From Azolla caroliniana (lineage: Eukaryota > Plantae > Polypodiophyta): a stretch of DNA of 64,000 nt. The position numbers were made by a program, and so were the translations under genes. The notes under the pieces are model-generated. The model did no database searches and was not told where the DNA came from. It worked only from the letters and a program-made list of their open reading frames with translations. Positions 1-13,580 of this stretch are shown here, piece by piece; within the stretch, counting starts at the first letter, position 1, and every line of letters starts with the position of its first letter. The stretch covers positions 20,770,001 to 20,834,000 of the forward strand of contig JBHGNT010000006.1 in assembly GCA_043228905.1 (NCBI GenBank), in the 5' to 3' direction.

Positions 1-387
1 GAAAACAAAGAAGGTAGGGAATACATAGAGTACAAGGGAGAGACAGAGAGAGCAGAACGTAAACGCTATATTCAAAAACAATATATTCACTCTGTACATA
101 CAACTATGTTCAGTAGCACTATTTATACAAGTCCTTGTGGGACTGACAGAAGTACCGCGTACTTCAATGCTCACACAAGCATCTGACACTTACTACGAGA
201 CTATAATTGCCTAGTAGTCTACACTAATACTAGGCTTCCGATTACTGATTGGATCTGGCTAACCGGCTCCCTAGCTCACCGGCTCTGTTGCTTGCCGGCT
301 CGGTTGCTCATAGCTTACCGATCCGTCTCGCTTGTTGGCTCATGCTTATTCAGCCGATCCGGCTCTAGTTGAGCTTGCCGCTCAACA
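1..387 (-). mobile_element. Partial LTR (5' end of an LTR that runs off the window edge)
   Basis: Minus strand starts TGTTGAGCGG at 387. It has degenerate GAGCCGG-type repeats typical of U3, a TATA-like TGTATAAATAG at ~118-128 and a CT-rich downstream part. No partner LTR in the window. Confidence 0.5.
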
Positions 388-392
388 AATGA

Positions 393-515
393 TTACAGAC
401 CAAAATGCTCATAACTTCTCGCCACGGTTACAAATCAAAATCTACCTTGCGGTTGAGGAACCATGGGACAAAGATGGTTACAGACCAAAATGCTCATAAC
501 TTCTCGCCACGGTAA
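393..515. repeat. Direct repeat of ~40 bp (TTACAGACCAAAATGCTCATAACTTCTCGCCACGGT) x2
   Basis: Copies at ~393-432 and ~478-514, read directly. Possibly a remnant of a DNA-transposon subterminal region. Confidence 0.75.
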
Positions 516-583
516 CAGAATTCAGTAAATGAACATTCCTTAGAAAGCTCTGTAAAAGAGCTTTCCAACAAACTATAGAATGA

Positions 584-900
584 AGAGAGAGAGAGAGAGA
601 GAGAGAGATTATATTATCGTCTTTGGAGGTCAAATATGACCCATGATACCAAAAAAATTACATTTCACGTGATATGTGTGAAAGTGAGTAGTGATTCTCG
701 ATGTTCAAGAACTTTACCAATGAATGTGCATATTGAGAGAGAGAGAGAGAGAGAGATTATATTATCGTCTTTGGAGGTCAAATATGACCCATGATACCAA
801 AAAAATTACATTTCACGTGATATGTGTGAAAGTGAGTAGTGATTCTCGATGTTCAAGAACTTTACCAATGAATGTGAATATTGAGAGAGAGAGAGAGAGA
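584..900. repeat. Tandem duplication (period 148 bp) bounded by three (GA)n microsatellites
   Basis: The unit starting TTATATTATCGTCTTTGG occurs at 609 and 757, near identical. GA tracts at ~584-608, ~735-756 and ~883-900. Confidence 0.9.
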
Positions 901-3062
901 GTAACTAACAAATTGATTGAACAAATCGACATCTCCTAGAATTAAATACTCCGTACAACTTTACCTAGGAATGTGAATTGACAACCTCAAATGTAATTGA
1001 TTACATGAGGGTCTGCTAGACACAGACATAATAGTGGTATGATGTGCAATGCTTATTGTTACTTGAATTGAAAAACTAATTGAATGTGATTATTAATTTT
1101 ATGACAAGTGAAGATCAACTTTTTAGTCCCAAATATTGGATTAATTTGAATTTGTTATGTTTTTTCTCCTCATCAAATTAATACTAGAATTTTAGCCAAA
1201 AGTTGGTACACGATATATATGGGTATACCGTGTATATATAATCAACAAAACATAAAGCAACGAATGATGTAATCGAGGCAAATAACCTCTACACATATAA
1301 AATCCAGAAAAAAAAGTGAACGTAATATGCAATTGAGGTATTGATCTCTTACGCATACGACACACATAGCATATCAAATACATGGCAGTTGAGGTATTTA
1401 CTATTGACCTCCTATGCATACATAACATATGTACGTTTTATACGAAAAACTATGACCACTACAATATCATTGAATGATTAATATTTTAATCCATCAACTA
1501 ATACATGATTAAGAATGGGAAAAGAATGAATAGAATAAAAAACATTATTATTCATGTGAAAATAAAAGGAAGTACCAAAGTTACTTTGTCAATGACTTCT
1601 TGGATCATATGATCCTTTTCTCTTATATCAACTTTGTTGAATCACTAGAAAACTAGATAAACGATTTATAGTTCCAACCGTTGGATCATAATAACAAATA
1701 GATTACAAGTAAACTTCAACCATGCATCTTGCCAATGCTAAAGTATGATCCTTACCTAAATTTATGGCCTCTTCGTCCATCTTAAGGTGATTTTATATCT
1801 ACAATAGTGAGTTCGCACTAGTACAAAAGCCCACCTTTGAACCCTATGCTTGACAAGTCTTCAAGTCATGTATTATAATTATCGATGTAGGCAACACCAT
1901 GTATGATTGTGTGGCTTGGTAGGCTTAGATGGGTGATGTATGCGTTACCTTGTGTAAAATTCAATAAATTTTAAACTTGATGTAACATTTGTTAATTTCT
2001 TGTTGGAAGGAACCTAGTTTAGCATGTGAGGTTGAGTACAGGGCCTAAATTTGACGAGTTAGTATCAAAGTTTTTTTACGGGCATTTTTTAAAGATTGCC
2101 CTGGTTGAGTACACCAATACAATATGTAGTGTATTTTAAACAATATGATGAACAAGCTAGTTATTCAAGATGAAAAAATTCAATGGAATGCCATTGTCTC
2201 ATTGACAACATATATGATAATGAGTCAATGCAGAGGAATTTGAACCCTCTTTACCGTTCCAAACACTTCAAGTATACAATGCATAGTTAAAGAAAAATGA
2301 CACATTATATTTCCTTGATGCAAGAAAACTTAAATGAAGAATTATACAAAAGTACAACTCAACAGATATTGAACTTAATTTTAACTGAATGCTTTTTCTT
2401 ATTTTACATGACTTTGTTGGAAAATGGTTGTTTTTTATGAGGGGAGTTTCAGGTAATACTACATGTAGTAATTAATATGTGCTTTATTTTTATTCTTACC
2501 ATTCTCATATGATGCATTGAAGGGCACATGTGTCAAGAAAGTATTATAATTCCAACTACATAAATGTAACTTGAGTACAATAACCACCCATTACCCAAGA
2601 GTAGCTATTGAGATACTTGTGGTTTGTATCTCTATCATACATCCCTTCCGGTATAAAATAAAATCATGAACATTCATAGGTAGTATATTTGAATCAACAT
2701 TTCTTACTTCTGTGAACATATATATATATATATATATCCACATGGACTAAACCCCAAGCCAATATAGCGCTATATTAGGAGGTTGAAATACATATATAAA
2801 ACATTGTTAGAGAGCATATAACATTATTTTAGGGAGGGGGAGAGAGTGTACTCATATTAAGTTATACATAAAAAAACAATGATTTGAATCATCACAAGAG
2901 AGTCTTGTTATGCCTCCAATATCCAAATTTCCTATTTGTATCCCTTTTTGGGTGTAGGAGACGATTTACACCTTATACTTGTATTGTATGATTCAATGTA
3001 CCGTTTTGAGTATATATGGTCATGTGGTAATACTTATATGGCCCTAAAGCCTGAAACCCTTG

Positions 3063-3244
3063 TTATAGACCAAGTTTAAGAAATGTAGCATTTGACACTA
3101 ATCGATAAGTTTTTTCAGTTGGATGAAAGCCATCGAAAAATACATAATCCTCTCTGTTACTGCATGGATGCAAGATTGGTAAACATAGTACTTGTGCATT
3201 GAACTTCCCAACTCCACAACAAGCTTGTGCAGCATGTTTAAAAC
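3063..3244 (-). CDS. GDSL lipase exon 5
   Basis: CAG acceptor 3247-3245, GFKHAAQACCGVG...FFDGFHPTEK, TAA stop at 3065-3063. Confidence 0.9.
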
Positions 3245-6200
3245 CTGCAAATAGTAAAAAAATACATGTGGTTTTATCTTTGGTTTAAATTCATCCTATC
3301 GTAGTTTTCTCTTGGTTTAGATACGATGATGCCTAAAAGATTAGTGGATTCACTTGTAAGTAGATGAACGATGCAAATACTATATTGCATGCATGAATAA
3401 GTAATAGAGAGCATGTTTGCTTATTAGAGCATTATAAGCAGGACATGAAAGGATAGGTGTTAGAGTAGTTTGTGAAAGGACACATTTCATTTAGAATCTC
3501 AATTATATTAAACTAAAATATGAACAAGCCAAAACAAAATATTACCTAATTATGAAAGTCACATATCGAAAGATTCTTGTTCTACAATAATGTAATGAAT
3601 AATAGTCAATTGCATTGTATTTAATCATAATTTTAAGTAAGGAATTTGATAACATCATTGATCTTGAAGAAAATTTTGATTGAAGAAATTCTGAAACATA
3701 TCCTTTGTAGTAATAATCCTTGAAATTTTAGAACCCTGGAAAAAACACAAATTTGTTTTTTATTTTAAAACGCACCATAAGAATGTGGATTGTTGGCAAT
3801 GTCAAGAGTAAGATCGAATGCATCAAGGTATTTGAAGGAGACATCCTTTTTAACGTTGAATTGATCAATAAGAAGGCGGAGACCCTGATTGTATCCCAAA
3901 ACAAGGTTGTTGACGAAGTTCGAACACTCACCATTCACACTATGTCGAGCAACCAATTGTGATGGAATGCAACCCAATGGGCCTAGTGCGAACACAAACA
4001 TGTTGCGAGCACCCATCTCATACAACCTCTAACAATCAAAATAAAGAAAAGGTTAACAATGTCATTTTATGCTAGTTGTATGAAAAGATAATTTATAAAT
4101 TCTTACATCAAGATAACCAGAGAGGTGACGCAATAGAAGGTCTTGGAATTCAGTATGTGTGAAACGAAATGCTGTGGGAGAGAACTCGAGCAAGTAATTG
4201 TTGATGTAATCATTGGAACCCACACTTAATGTAAACAATGACTTGGCTAGTAACACATTTGTTGCCTCTTCCCCAATCAGTTGCTTAAGCTCTGCAATCG
4301 TGTTGCTAAACCAGCTCAATTGCGTCTCTAGATACACCCTCCCCAACTAAAATAGGTATAGAATTGTAGTGACATTAAAAAACAATATATAAAATCTCTC
4401 GCTCGATGTGCTTGTATGATTTTTAGATTAAAAGACACAAGATTCTTCAGGATTGAATTATGGAGTTTGTATACTCGACAATCAATAATTCTAGTCAAAT
4501 AAGCGTCTCTTGGCGTAAAAGTGACGTGGCAAAAGACAATATCTAGATTTCTGCAATCAACACTATTCATATTTGTATTAGTGTCAGTGTTTGTGTCAGC
4601 TACATTTGTAAATACCCCAACGGCACATTAGAAAAAGGTCCATGCATTTTTTCTAAAAATTAATAAATAGAATGTATGCACCACACTTTTATGCATGTTG
4701 CTTTTACTATGTTATTTGAAGAAAAACAAGTTATAGCGCTAAGGGCAAAAGGCCAATTTTTAATTCTTTGCTTTCTTGCTTTACAGTCAAAAAACAAAGT
4801 TGCAAAAGTGCATAGAAGACAAAATGTCTGGCATTAAATTGTTTTGAGGGTTTTTTCAATTAAAGCAAATGTAAATTTCTATTGCACAAGTATGAAAGAC
4901 AAAAAACGTACCATTAAAGCATTTTGAAGATTTTTCTGATTAAAGTCGATGTAAATTTGTGCTACTGTTAGTTAGAGCTCATTAAATGTTTTGTAATGAA
5001 GACGAGCTACGGCATTAGAAAGTATGACTGAAAGTTAAATATACGGATGTGTGCTTTTGCATGCATGATTGAGTGCAATCCCATTTAAATCATAATATTG
5101 CCTGCTTGTGGGTTCACTCCACATAAAGCAACCAAATCTCAGATGTAATGTAAAATGTTCAATTGTGTTTCTATCACCATGTTTCTAAAGGAGTTTGACA
5201 TATTCATACAGGTTTCACTTTGTTTGAGACTTAAGGCCAAGTGTTTGGACTATGTAGCTATACATATGATCAACACAATTTCCTCTAAACCTCAATTGAG
5301 GTGCAAGAAGCTATCTCATTTCAGCTCATAGTTCAGATATTATATTTAGGAATTGGGTTTAGAAAATTTGTATAACCTAATGAAAGAAGTTGATATCAAT
5401 GTTAGGCTTCAAAATATGGATGCATAAAACAAAAGACATGATGGAACCAACATTGAACCTATAATATGTTTAATATCAAGAATGGAAGAAAGATATATTA
5501 ATGTCTTTTAAGAGGCCTAGATGGCCTATAAGACCAAACAAGAGATTGCATCTTAAAACATTATGAAGTAAAGGAGTTTAAATTAGGCTCCTAAAAGTGA
5601 CTACATTAGAGTGGGAGATTATAAATATGATCGCTTTAGAATCGTGGAAAGATGTGACCAAGATGTCGAGGATTTGTTATAACAAGAATGGATTTCGTAA
5701 TGGGTAGATATAATGTAGATAATGAACTTGTTATCACAAAAATGAATTATTACGATTGTAACAAAGTATACACTAGATGCACATTCCTAGGATATAAATA
5801 CATGAAATGCATATGTACATTATTAAGATGGATAACCATCACCATATTTTAATCTATCATGAAAAAGGCTTGCAAAATCTACATAGCATCTAGTAATGAG
5901 AAGAAGTTAATCTTAAGGAAAACAAAATAACTAGTAAGGCTTACAAAATTATAGCCAGTGGCGCGTAAAAGACCCGAGGATCCAGAGGCATAGCTAACTC
6001 CTTGAAGCAACTTAGGGCCACGAGTTGTTGGATCTAGATATGATGGTCTTGGGGGAAGGGATAAACGCTCACCTGAAAAAGTACACACCACAACCCACAA
6101 ATCAATGCAATGAGAATTCACAATGCAAGTACACATAAAATGTTATACATTTTCTCATGTGCAATCGAGTCCAAATCCCCTCATGTTGGCATGAATAATG

Positions 6201-6681
6201 AGATTTAGCTAGGGGTGATGGTGGTCAAGGGGTTTGTTTCAACAAACAAGCGAAGTATAGGAAGACTTAGAGCGACAAAATTAGGAAGGGAAGGTGGTGG
6301 TAAAGTAAAGGTTGGTTGTGTATACATGCATGTGTGTGTGAGTATAGATGATGGAGATTTACAAAGAAAATCGATGATGAGTTTTCCATTGGTGAAACGA
6401 CCATTGGGGCCAGTTGGAAAATCCACCCCATAAGGCAATTTGTCAGCCTTAGCGACACTGGTGATGAAGTTGTTGTTCCCTGTGTCCGATAAAGAGTCGC
6501 CAAACACAAACATTGCTGGAAACTTAAGATGATTTGAAGAAGAAGAAGAAGAAGAAGGGGTATTATACGTAGCTTTCATAGCCTCCCAATGATGAGGATG
6601 AGTTGCTTGACCTTCACATGATTGTGCCAATAGCATCATCATGAGAAGAAGCATTAACATAATACCAAATACTTGATCCAT
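3063..6681 (-). CDS. GDSL esterase/lipase (SGNH hydrolase), 5 exons: 6363-6681, 5945-6072, 4107-4346, 3776-4028, 3063-3244; 373 aa with probable signal peptide
   Basis: All four introns are GT-AG and the exons splice in frame (1122 nt). Motifs: FVFGDSLSDTGN (block I), GRFTNG (II), GVSYASG, SVGSNDY (III), GARN..GPLGCIP, ACCG and FFDGFHP (block V DxxH). Hydrophobic N-terminus. The intron pattern is the usual plant GDSL one. Confidence 0.93.
3776..4028 (-). CDS. GDSL lipase exon 4
   Basis: TAG acceptor, RLYEMGARN..GPLGCIP..NPHSYG, donor GTGCGT at 3775. Confidence 0.9.
4107..4346 (-). CDS. GDSL lipase exon 3
   Basis: TAG acceptor, QLSWF...GSNDY, donor GTAAG at 4106. Confidence 0.9.
5945..6072 (-). 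CDS. GDSL lipase exon 2
   Basis: CAG acceptor 6075-6073, YLDP..GVSYASG, donor GTAAG at 5944. Confidence 0.9.
6363..6681 (-). CDS. GDSL lipase exon 1
   Basis: ATG at 6681 (MDQVFGIML...), GDSL and GRFTNG motifs, donor GTAAAT at 6362. Confidence 0.9.
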
Positions 6682-6762
6682 ACCACTACTGCTACCACTA
6701 CCACTACCACTATCACCCAATTTGTGATATATGGTTAGGAAAGGCTACAACCCAAAACTTCC

Positions 6763-6768
6763 TTTATA
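6763..6768 (-). promoter_or_regulatory. Putative TATA box of the GDSL gene
   Basis: TATAAA on the minus strand ~82 bp upstream of the ATG; position only. Confidence 0.45.
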
Positions 6769-8889
6769 TTGCTCTTCTTGTTTGTTCTTGGTAATTCAAT
6801 GTGTGTGTGCTCTTGTATCCATTTATTACTTCCTTAGTTGGGTTGTAGTTGATATCATGTTTCACCCCACAAAAGTTGTACATGTCTTCTTTTGTGAAAG
6901 GACAAGTAACTTTATTTAAAAAAAGAAAAGGACTTGTGAAGCCTTAGTATTCACTACAAGATATGAAAGGAAGATTGTCACCTTCACTAAAACTTGGGTC
7001 CATATTTTAAATCAAAGTTGTAGTCTGTTGCAGTTAATTCATAAAGAGACAAAACATTTTTAAAAAAACATGAAAACAAAAAATCAAGTTTCTAAACATT
7101 ATCCCCCAACTTCATATATGAAAACTAAACTTTTGTAACTAATAAAAAAAGGGTTTAGTAGGCAACTATTAGTACCACATGAATTTTAATTCCACGTTCT
7201 GTCTTTAATTTAACATGTCTCAACTTTCTAGCCAAAATGTTTTATTACTCCTTCCTTTAGACACATGAGCATTCTCCACAAACTTTTATCGTCCAATGTC
7301 TCATACATTGACAAATCTACCCATTTTCATACATCCAATGAAATTAGATGTGACCACCTCTATTTCATGTTATCTCCTAATATTTTGGGATTCTTTACTT
7401 GCATGGCCACTCCCAACATTAGCACTTGCCACTTGAGTGCTCGTGGACTCAAACTTATGTACAATACGATTTAATATACATTGCTTAAGTAATTGTTTCA
7501 TGTACCATAAAGACTAGGATATAAAAGAGAATAATATGTTACTATCAAAGTTTCACTTTTCACCTAAAATTATGTGATACTATGGTTAGATGCCCTTGGT
7601 AGTTTGGGGAGAACGATGTAGTAGCATCTTTTGGTTGGACGTTGCCTCAAGGGATTTTCACTACCCCTCATTACACTTGGCAAGTTCAATAACGACATGT
7701 CGATAACACAATAGTATTCCTAATGTTAGTTCATTGAGGCCAACAATTTGTTCCTTTTTGTGCTCCTCGAATAACATATGGCATTGAATCTCGTTTCTTA
7801 TATATGTCTAACAATTTGACAAACATGGGGGAGGGGTGTTGAATCTCACTAATGTTGGGACTTGGCTATATGCGCCATTTGGACGAATAATTACTTTGTT
7901 TCCATTCAGACTTGGATCATAATCTCTTAATAATTTATGGCTTCTAGATTTGATGATGTTATTTGTATAAGTCTAGTCATACGTCTAAATACTATTTGAA
8001 TCGGCACATTTGCAACAAAAAAGTTGAAAGTGACCTATTCTTCAACTTTATTTTCTTGAGGACTCTATCCTCAACGTGATGTAGTCGGCATTTTTGTGTG
8101 ATGATCGTGTTACATGTCAAAGATATTATCCCCTTCATATAGTTTTTTTCATTGTTCATTGGAAATCTCTCCTCGAAATTACCTATACATTGCCTTTATT
8201 ACTATATTGATCACACTTCTAGACACATATTTTATTTTGTCATGTTATTGACGGTTTCCCCATCACTTTCTAGACGCATGAAAGAGCTCTATGTTCATAA
8301 CAAGTATTGGAAACTGGCATGGGCAAGTGTGCATTTTCTAAAGGGGATATAAGTGAAAGGCTTTTATTCTAGAAACTTAGCAAAATACTAAAAGAGATTT
8401 TGAAAACATCATCATCATCATCATACGAAATAATGTTGAGTGGTGGTTGGCATTAATTCTATTGAAAGGAGCATGCAAATGTGTATTGATGAATTATGTT
8501 ATCCATTTGTGACTATTCTCTTCATCTATTTCATTTTTAAAATATGTCTACCTTTGTTAAGATGTCATTTTTGACATCATGAATGCATATTTTCATCATT
8601 GGGTCTGTTGATGGTACATTATCTTGTTCCTTAAGGAGGACATTCTGTTTTAGCCGCAACATTGACCTCTCTCCTTTAGTTGTATGCTTAGGATAACTAT
8701 ACAAATTACTTCTCTCTTTTGACGTGATATGATTGACATTAACTCTTCACCTACTCGACTTCCTTTTTTCTAAAGAGAATTGTTTTAATTATGAAATGAA
8801 AAAAATAACTATAGATAGACAACTCAAAAAAACACAACCTTAGGATCTCAATCAAAACCTTACAAACTTTAAGAGCCATGTGACAAAAC

Positions 8890-9490
8890 GACCAACCCAA
8901 AAGAAGAATAAGATGCCTTACCAACTCACATATTTCAAACTCCCCATACAAAAACCTCCAACAACAAAAACGGCCAAATCAACCTACCTATGAGTTTCCT
9001 AATGCTTCTTCATTTCAAACAGTAAGGTGTTACACATACACCAAACAGGCCATAGGCCCCAATAAATCAAGAACTCAAAAACTATTTGAAATTAGGATAA
9101 AAGGAAACCCAAGTGGACATGTGAAGAGACCCATTGCAATGGGGATTTTGAGGCCTAGTTAAAGAAGCCTACAACATAATAATGTATGTCCAAATAGATA
9201 ATGACATTGGAAAATCAATGATGAAAAGAACCTATGAGAAGACCCATTTGAGTGGGGATTCTGAAACCCTAGTTAAAGATGGCTAAAATGTTCTCATGAC
9301 CAACGGGCCAACCCAAAAGTAGAATATGACGTCTTACCAACTCACATGTTTAAAATTCCTCAAGCCACAACAACCCGGAGGTTTACAAAAACTTGCCATA
9401 GTAAACGACCTTTTAATTGCCTACTATATCTTTGCATTCCAAATTGTGCCTCGGATACAAAGGTGTTACACATACACTAATGAATGCCAT
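8890..9490. repeat. Old degenerate direct duplication (period ~420-435 bp) with an internal ~45-bp repeat
   Basis: CCAACCCAAAAG..TTACCAACTCACAT at ~8892 and ~9308; AAGGTGTTACACATACAC at ~9024 and ~9460; GACCCATT..TGGGGATT..CCTAGTTAAAGA at ~9128 and ~9241. Confidence 0.6.
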
Positions 9491-9650
9491 CAACCCCAAT
9501 ACTTTAAGCTATTTTCATTTATTATTGCATTCTAGAAAATTCATGAATATTTTAGAATACTCTGGAACATTCTAGAAACTTCAGGAATATTTTTGAAGGC
9601 CATATAAATAGAGATATATTGCACTATTCACGACTAATTCGGTTCAACGC

Positions 9651-10048
9651 TGTCACGGACAAGTATAATAGAGTAGAACGAAGATAAGACTGGAGAACAA
9701 GAGAGAGGAAAAGAACAAGAACTCAGCTTATAGAATCTGTAACTTGTGTTGTTCACCTTGATTAGAATCAAGGTGCACATGAGTAATTATACAAGAGGGT
9801 AGGGCTATGTAAGCTAGCTAGAAATAGAGTGCATGAGGATGCATGCAATAGAGAATGCATGAGGATGCATGCAAGCTAGAGAATGAGAATGCATGTAAGC
9901 TAGGAACTTCCAATGTTCAACCTACACTATATGAAGTTGAATTAAATATAAGGATGCATATGTAGCTCAAGTGGTAGGGTTTGCCCAATAGAGACCATGA
10001 GGTCTTGGGTTCAATCCCTACCTTCCTCTGTGGCATATGTCTATGACA
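9651..10048 (-). repeat. E1 3' LTR (398 bp)
   Basis: 5-bp terminal inverted repeat TGTCA/TGACA, adjacent PPT. Confidence 0.85.
9955..10025 (+). promoter_or_regulatory. tRNA-like Pol III A-box/B-box module inside the E1 LTR (antisense)
   Basis: TAGCTCAAGTGG (9963-9974) and GGTTCAATCC (10008-10017) at tRNA-like spacing. Confidence 0.7.
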
Positions 10049-10074
10049 TTATTCTCCCTCTAAGGCCGCCTCCT

Positions 10075-13000
10075 AACACTCGTGACCGGTTTATGGGGGT
10101 ATCGTGGGTGAAAAGCGCGAATTGCCTCCGGTGAATTTTGTAAGTGTGTAACTGGTTCAAATGTGGCATCTGAAAGAGGGTAACCTTTTCATAAGACCAA
10201 GTATTGAAGTCGCCGTCGACACAAGCGAGAGTTGAGGATCCGGTCAACCTCATACTCCTCACCTGTCGATAATTCCACAGGCGGTGGCGGAGGAGGTTGG
10301 CGTCCTGGAATGTGAGAAGGATGATAGAGTTCGAGGAGAGAGACGTGGAAAACATTGTGAAGCCAAAATGTGGGGGGAAGCGCTAACCGAAAGGTGACTG
10401 GGTTAACGCGCTCGAGGATACGGAAGGGGCCTAGCTTTTTGTAGTCGAGCTTCGCGTAGGGATAGGTGGTTGCGATATGCCGACGTAGCAACCAAACCAT
10501 GTCACCGACTGCGAAGGTCGGCGCGACTAAGCGATTTCGGTTAGCATGAGCTTTTTACTGTTTGCCAGCGGCACGGAGCTCGAGGGAGAGGTCATGGTGG
10601 ACATCTTGTAAGGTGTGGGCACGCTTCTCGGACGACGGATTGATGGATATCTCCAGAGTGGAAATGCTAAAACGAGGGTGGAAACCGTAATTTGCAAAGA
10701 ATGGGGAAACTTTAGTTAAGGCATGGATACTGTTATTGTAGGCAAATTCCTCCATGGCAAGGAGGTCCAACCAATTGTCTTGTTGGTAGCTAACTGAACA
10801 ACAGAGGTATTGTTCGAGGATTTGGTTGACTCTTTTGGTTTGGCCATCAGTTTGAGGGTGGTGTGTGGTTGACAAGTTCACAGAAGTCCCGAATGTTTGC
10901 AGCAATCGGCGCCAAAAGTGGGAGATAAATTGAGGACCTCGATAAGAAGTGACATCCTCAGGCAAACCGTGTAAGCGGATGCCATTTTTCAGAAAAAGGG
11001 CAGCTGTCTCCTCCCCCGAAATGGTTTTCGAACATGGGACAAAGTGAGCCATCATCGAAAACCGATCGACGACCACTAGCACCGTGTCATGGTCACCGGC
11101 TCGAGGAAGGTCAGTGATAAAGTCCATGGAGAGAGATGCCCAAGGTCAACTGGGGATTGGAAGTGGGTGTAGAAGGCCATATGGATGATGGTGAGCTACT
11201 TTGGAGCGAGCACAAACGTCACAAGTTTTGATAAATTCTTTGACCAATTTCCAAGGTTGAGACCACCAAAACCCCCGAGAAAGCAATGCCAGCGTTTTGG
11301 CGACCCCAAAGTGTCCGACAAGAGGATCATCATGGAAAGTTTGTAGAACTCGGAGGCGACATGGGCCATTTGGTACGTAAAGGAGGTGATTACGATAGAG
11401 TAGCCCATCGTGAGTTGTAAAGTGACTGAGATCCGAGCTTTGCCGTTCCTGGGATGGGTTGTTGAGGTGCGCCATGATGTTAGTAGCGAAAGGGTCCAAC
11501 GTGGTTGCTTGGGCAATCTCGTTGAGTAAGGAATCATCGTGCAATAGATAGGTTGCGAACATGTGGAGTTGATCGGGCCGCAATAAACAATGTGATTGCT
11601 GAGAATAAGCGTCGTCGCCTGGGTGCAATGCAAAATCGGGTCGTCGAGAGAGAGCATCCACTTTCCCATGTTGAACGCTGGGTCGGAACAAGATTTCGAA
11701 GTCATAGTCAGCAAGAAAAGATGACCAATGAGCCTGCCTTCGATTCAAGTACGAGTGGTGGTGAAGTAGATGAGATTCTTGTGGTCAGTTACCACCTGAA
11801 TACGATGTTGCGCCCTAGCCAGATAAGGTCGCCATTCAGCGAAGGCTGAGATGATAGCTGCGAGCTCCTTGTCGTAGACTGGATAATTGATTTTCGGGGC
11901 TGTAAACTTCCGAGAGTAGAAGGCGACCGGATGTAGGGTGCCATCATCATCAGGTTGGGACAAGACTGCACCTATGGCAAATTCGGAGGCGTCGGTTTCA
12001 ACCTGGAAAGGGTGGGTGGGGTCCAGGTGGACTAATAGGGGGGCGGAGAGAAAAGCAGATTTGAGGGCATTAAAAGCATTATGTGCTGTGGGGGTCATAA
12101 GAAATGGAGTATCTTTCCGGGTAAGTTGGATGAGAGGTTGGACTAGGGATGAGAACCCGTCTATAAATCGTCTATAAAAACTTGCAAAACCAAGAAACGA
12201 TTGTACCTCTTTCAACCGAGTCGGGAGAGGCCAATCAATGATTGCGGTGACCTTGCGTTTATCCATTGTGATCTTGGTAGGTGAGATCATGTAACCCAGG
12301 AATTCCACAGAGGTCCGATTGAATTCATATTTCTCACTTTTGGCGAAGAGCCCATATTCTCGGAGTTTGGTGAGAACCAGCCGGACGTGGTGTGTGTGCT
12401 CCTCCCAGTTGGAAGAAAAAACTAGGATGTCGTCAAGGTAGATGACCACGAAATGATTGAGATACTCTCAAAAAATATCGTTCATCATGTGCTGGAAGAT
12501 GGCTGGAGCGTTGGTAAGGCCGAAAGGCATCACTTTGTACTTGAAATGTCCATAGTGCATCCGAAAAGTTGTTTTCCACTCGTCCCCAGGCTTGATGCGC
12601 ACCAAATTGTAGGCGCCCCGAAGGTCGATTTTGGAGAAGATATGCCCTGTTCGGAGTTGATTGAGGAGTGCTGGAATTAAGGGCAGGGGGTAACGATTAT
12701 GTACCGTAACTTTGTTGAGACCCCGATAATCGACACATAAGCGTAAGGAGCCGTCCTTCTTCTTGACAAATAAGATTGGTGCCCCGGCTAGTGATTTGGA
12801 GGGTTGAATGAAGCCCTTCGCGAGATTCTCAGCCAAATATGTGCGGAGAGCCTCAAGTTCGGGTTCGGATAACCCATAGATAGGACCGAATGGGGGATGC
12901 TCGCCAGCTTGGAGTTCTATTGGGCAATCGTAGGGGCGATGAGCCGGTAATCGATCGGCATTCCGCTTTTCGAAGATGTCGGAAAAGTCACTAAATCGGA

Positions 13001-13580
13001 TGGGTAAATTGGTGACAGGAACGATGAAGTTCCCTGACACAATGGCTAGTGTAGTGACCAAACCAGACTCGACCGCAACAGAATCAAGAGAGTGTCGTGA
13101 CCGAGTAGGAATTGGCATTGTTGGAAAAGTGATAGAGCGGCTACACCAATCCACCGTCGGATTGTGTGTCTCCAACCAAGATAGCCCCAACACAATATGA
13201 TGTCGGGGGGTCGCGATGAGGTAGAACGTCAGTTCCTCCTAGTGTGCCCCGATTTGAAGTACCAACGGGATAGTAGCTTCAGTAACCGCCCCCGATGAGA
13301 GAACCCGACTGTTGATCGCTTCAACGGATATGGGTTGTGATGTATGGACGGTGGGGATATTATGTGTGCATATAAACGATTTATCGATAAAGCAAGTAGA
13401 TGCTCCGAAGTCGAGCAAGGCATGAGAATGTATTGAAGTCGAACCAAAACAAAGACTTAATGGCGGTTCAGACTTGTAGGAGCATGGAGAAGGTGATTAA
13501 CGAGAAGCGTCTTGCGACATGGCTCCTACTACAACCGGACTTGGTCATTTTCCTGTTGTTGAGGAACCTCCGCAAGACGT
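10075..13580 (-). pseudogene. E1 pol remnant (PR-RT-RH-IN-chromodomain), several stops and frameshifts
   Basis: ORF fragments 12468-13193, 11745-12449, 11146-11748, 10555-11127, 10189-10500. Confidence 0.88.

Noticed and set aside
2230-2250. Isolated B-box/T-arm-like hairpin (GAGGGTTCAAATTCCTC, minus strand)
   Set aside because: No convincing A box upstream; could be chance or a decayed SINE.
3728-3775. Alternative acceptor (TTCCAG at ~3735) giving a G-F-stop ending for the GDSL gene
   Set aside because: The intron would be only ~40 nt and would remove the catalytic DxxH exon.
6682-6720. ORF-track start MGDSGSGSG for the GDSL gene
   Set aside because: It begins at TTG; the first ATG is at 6681.
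9955-10025. Functional tRNA gene
   Set aside because: Acceptor and anticodon stems do not pair properly; treated as a tRNA-derived module instead.
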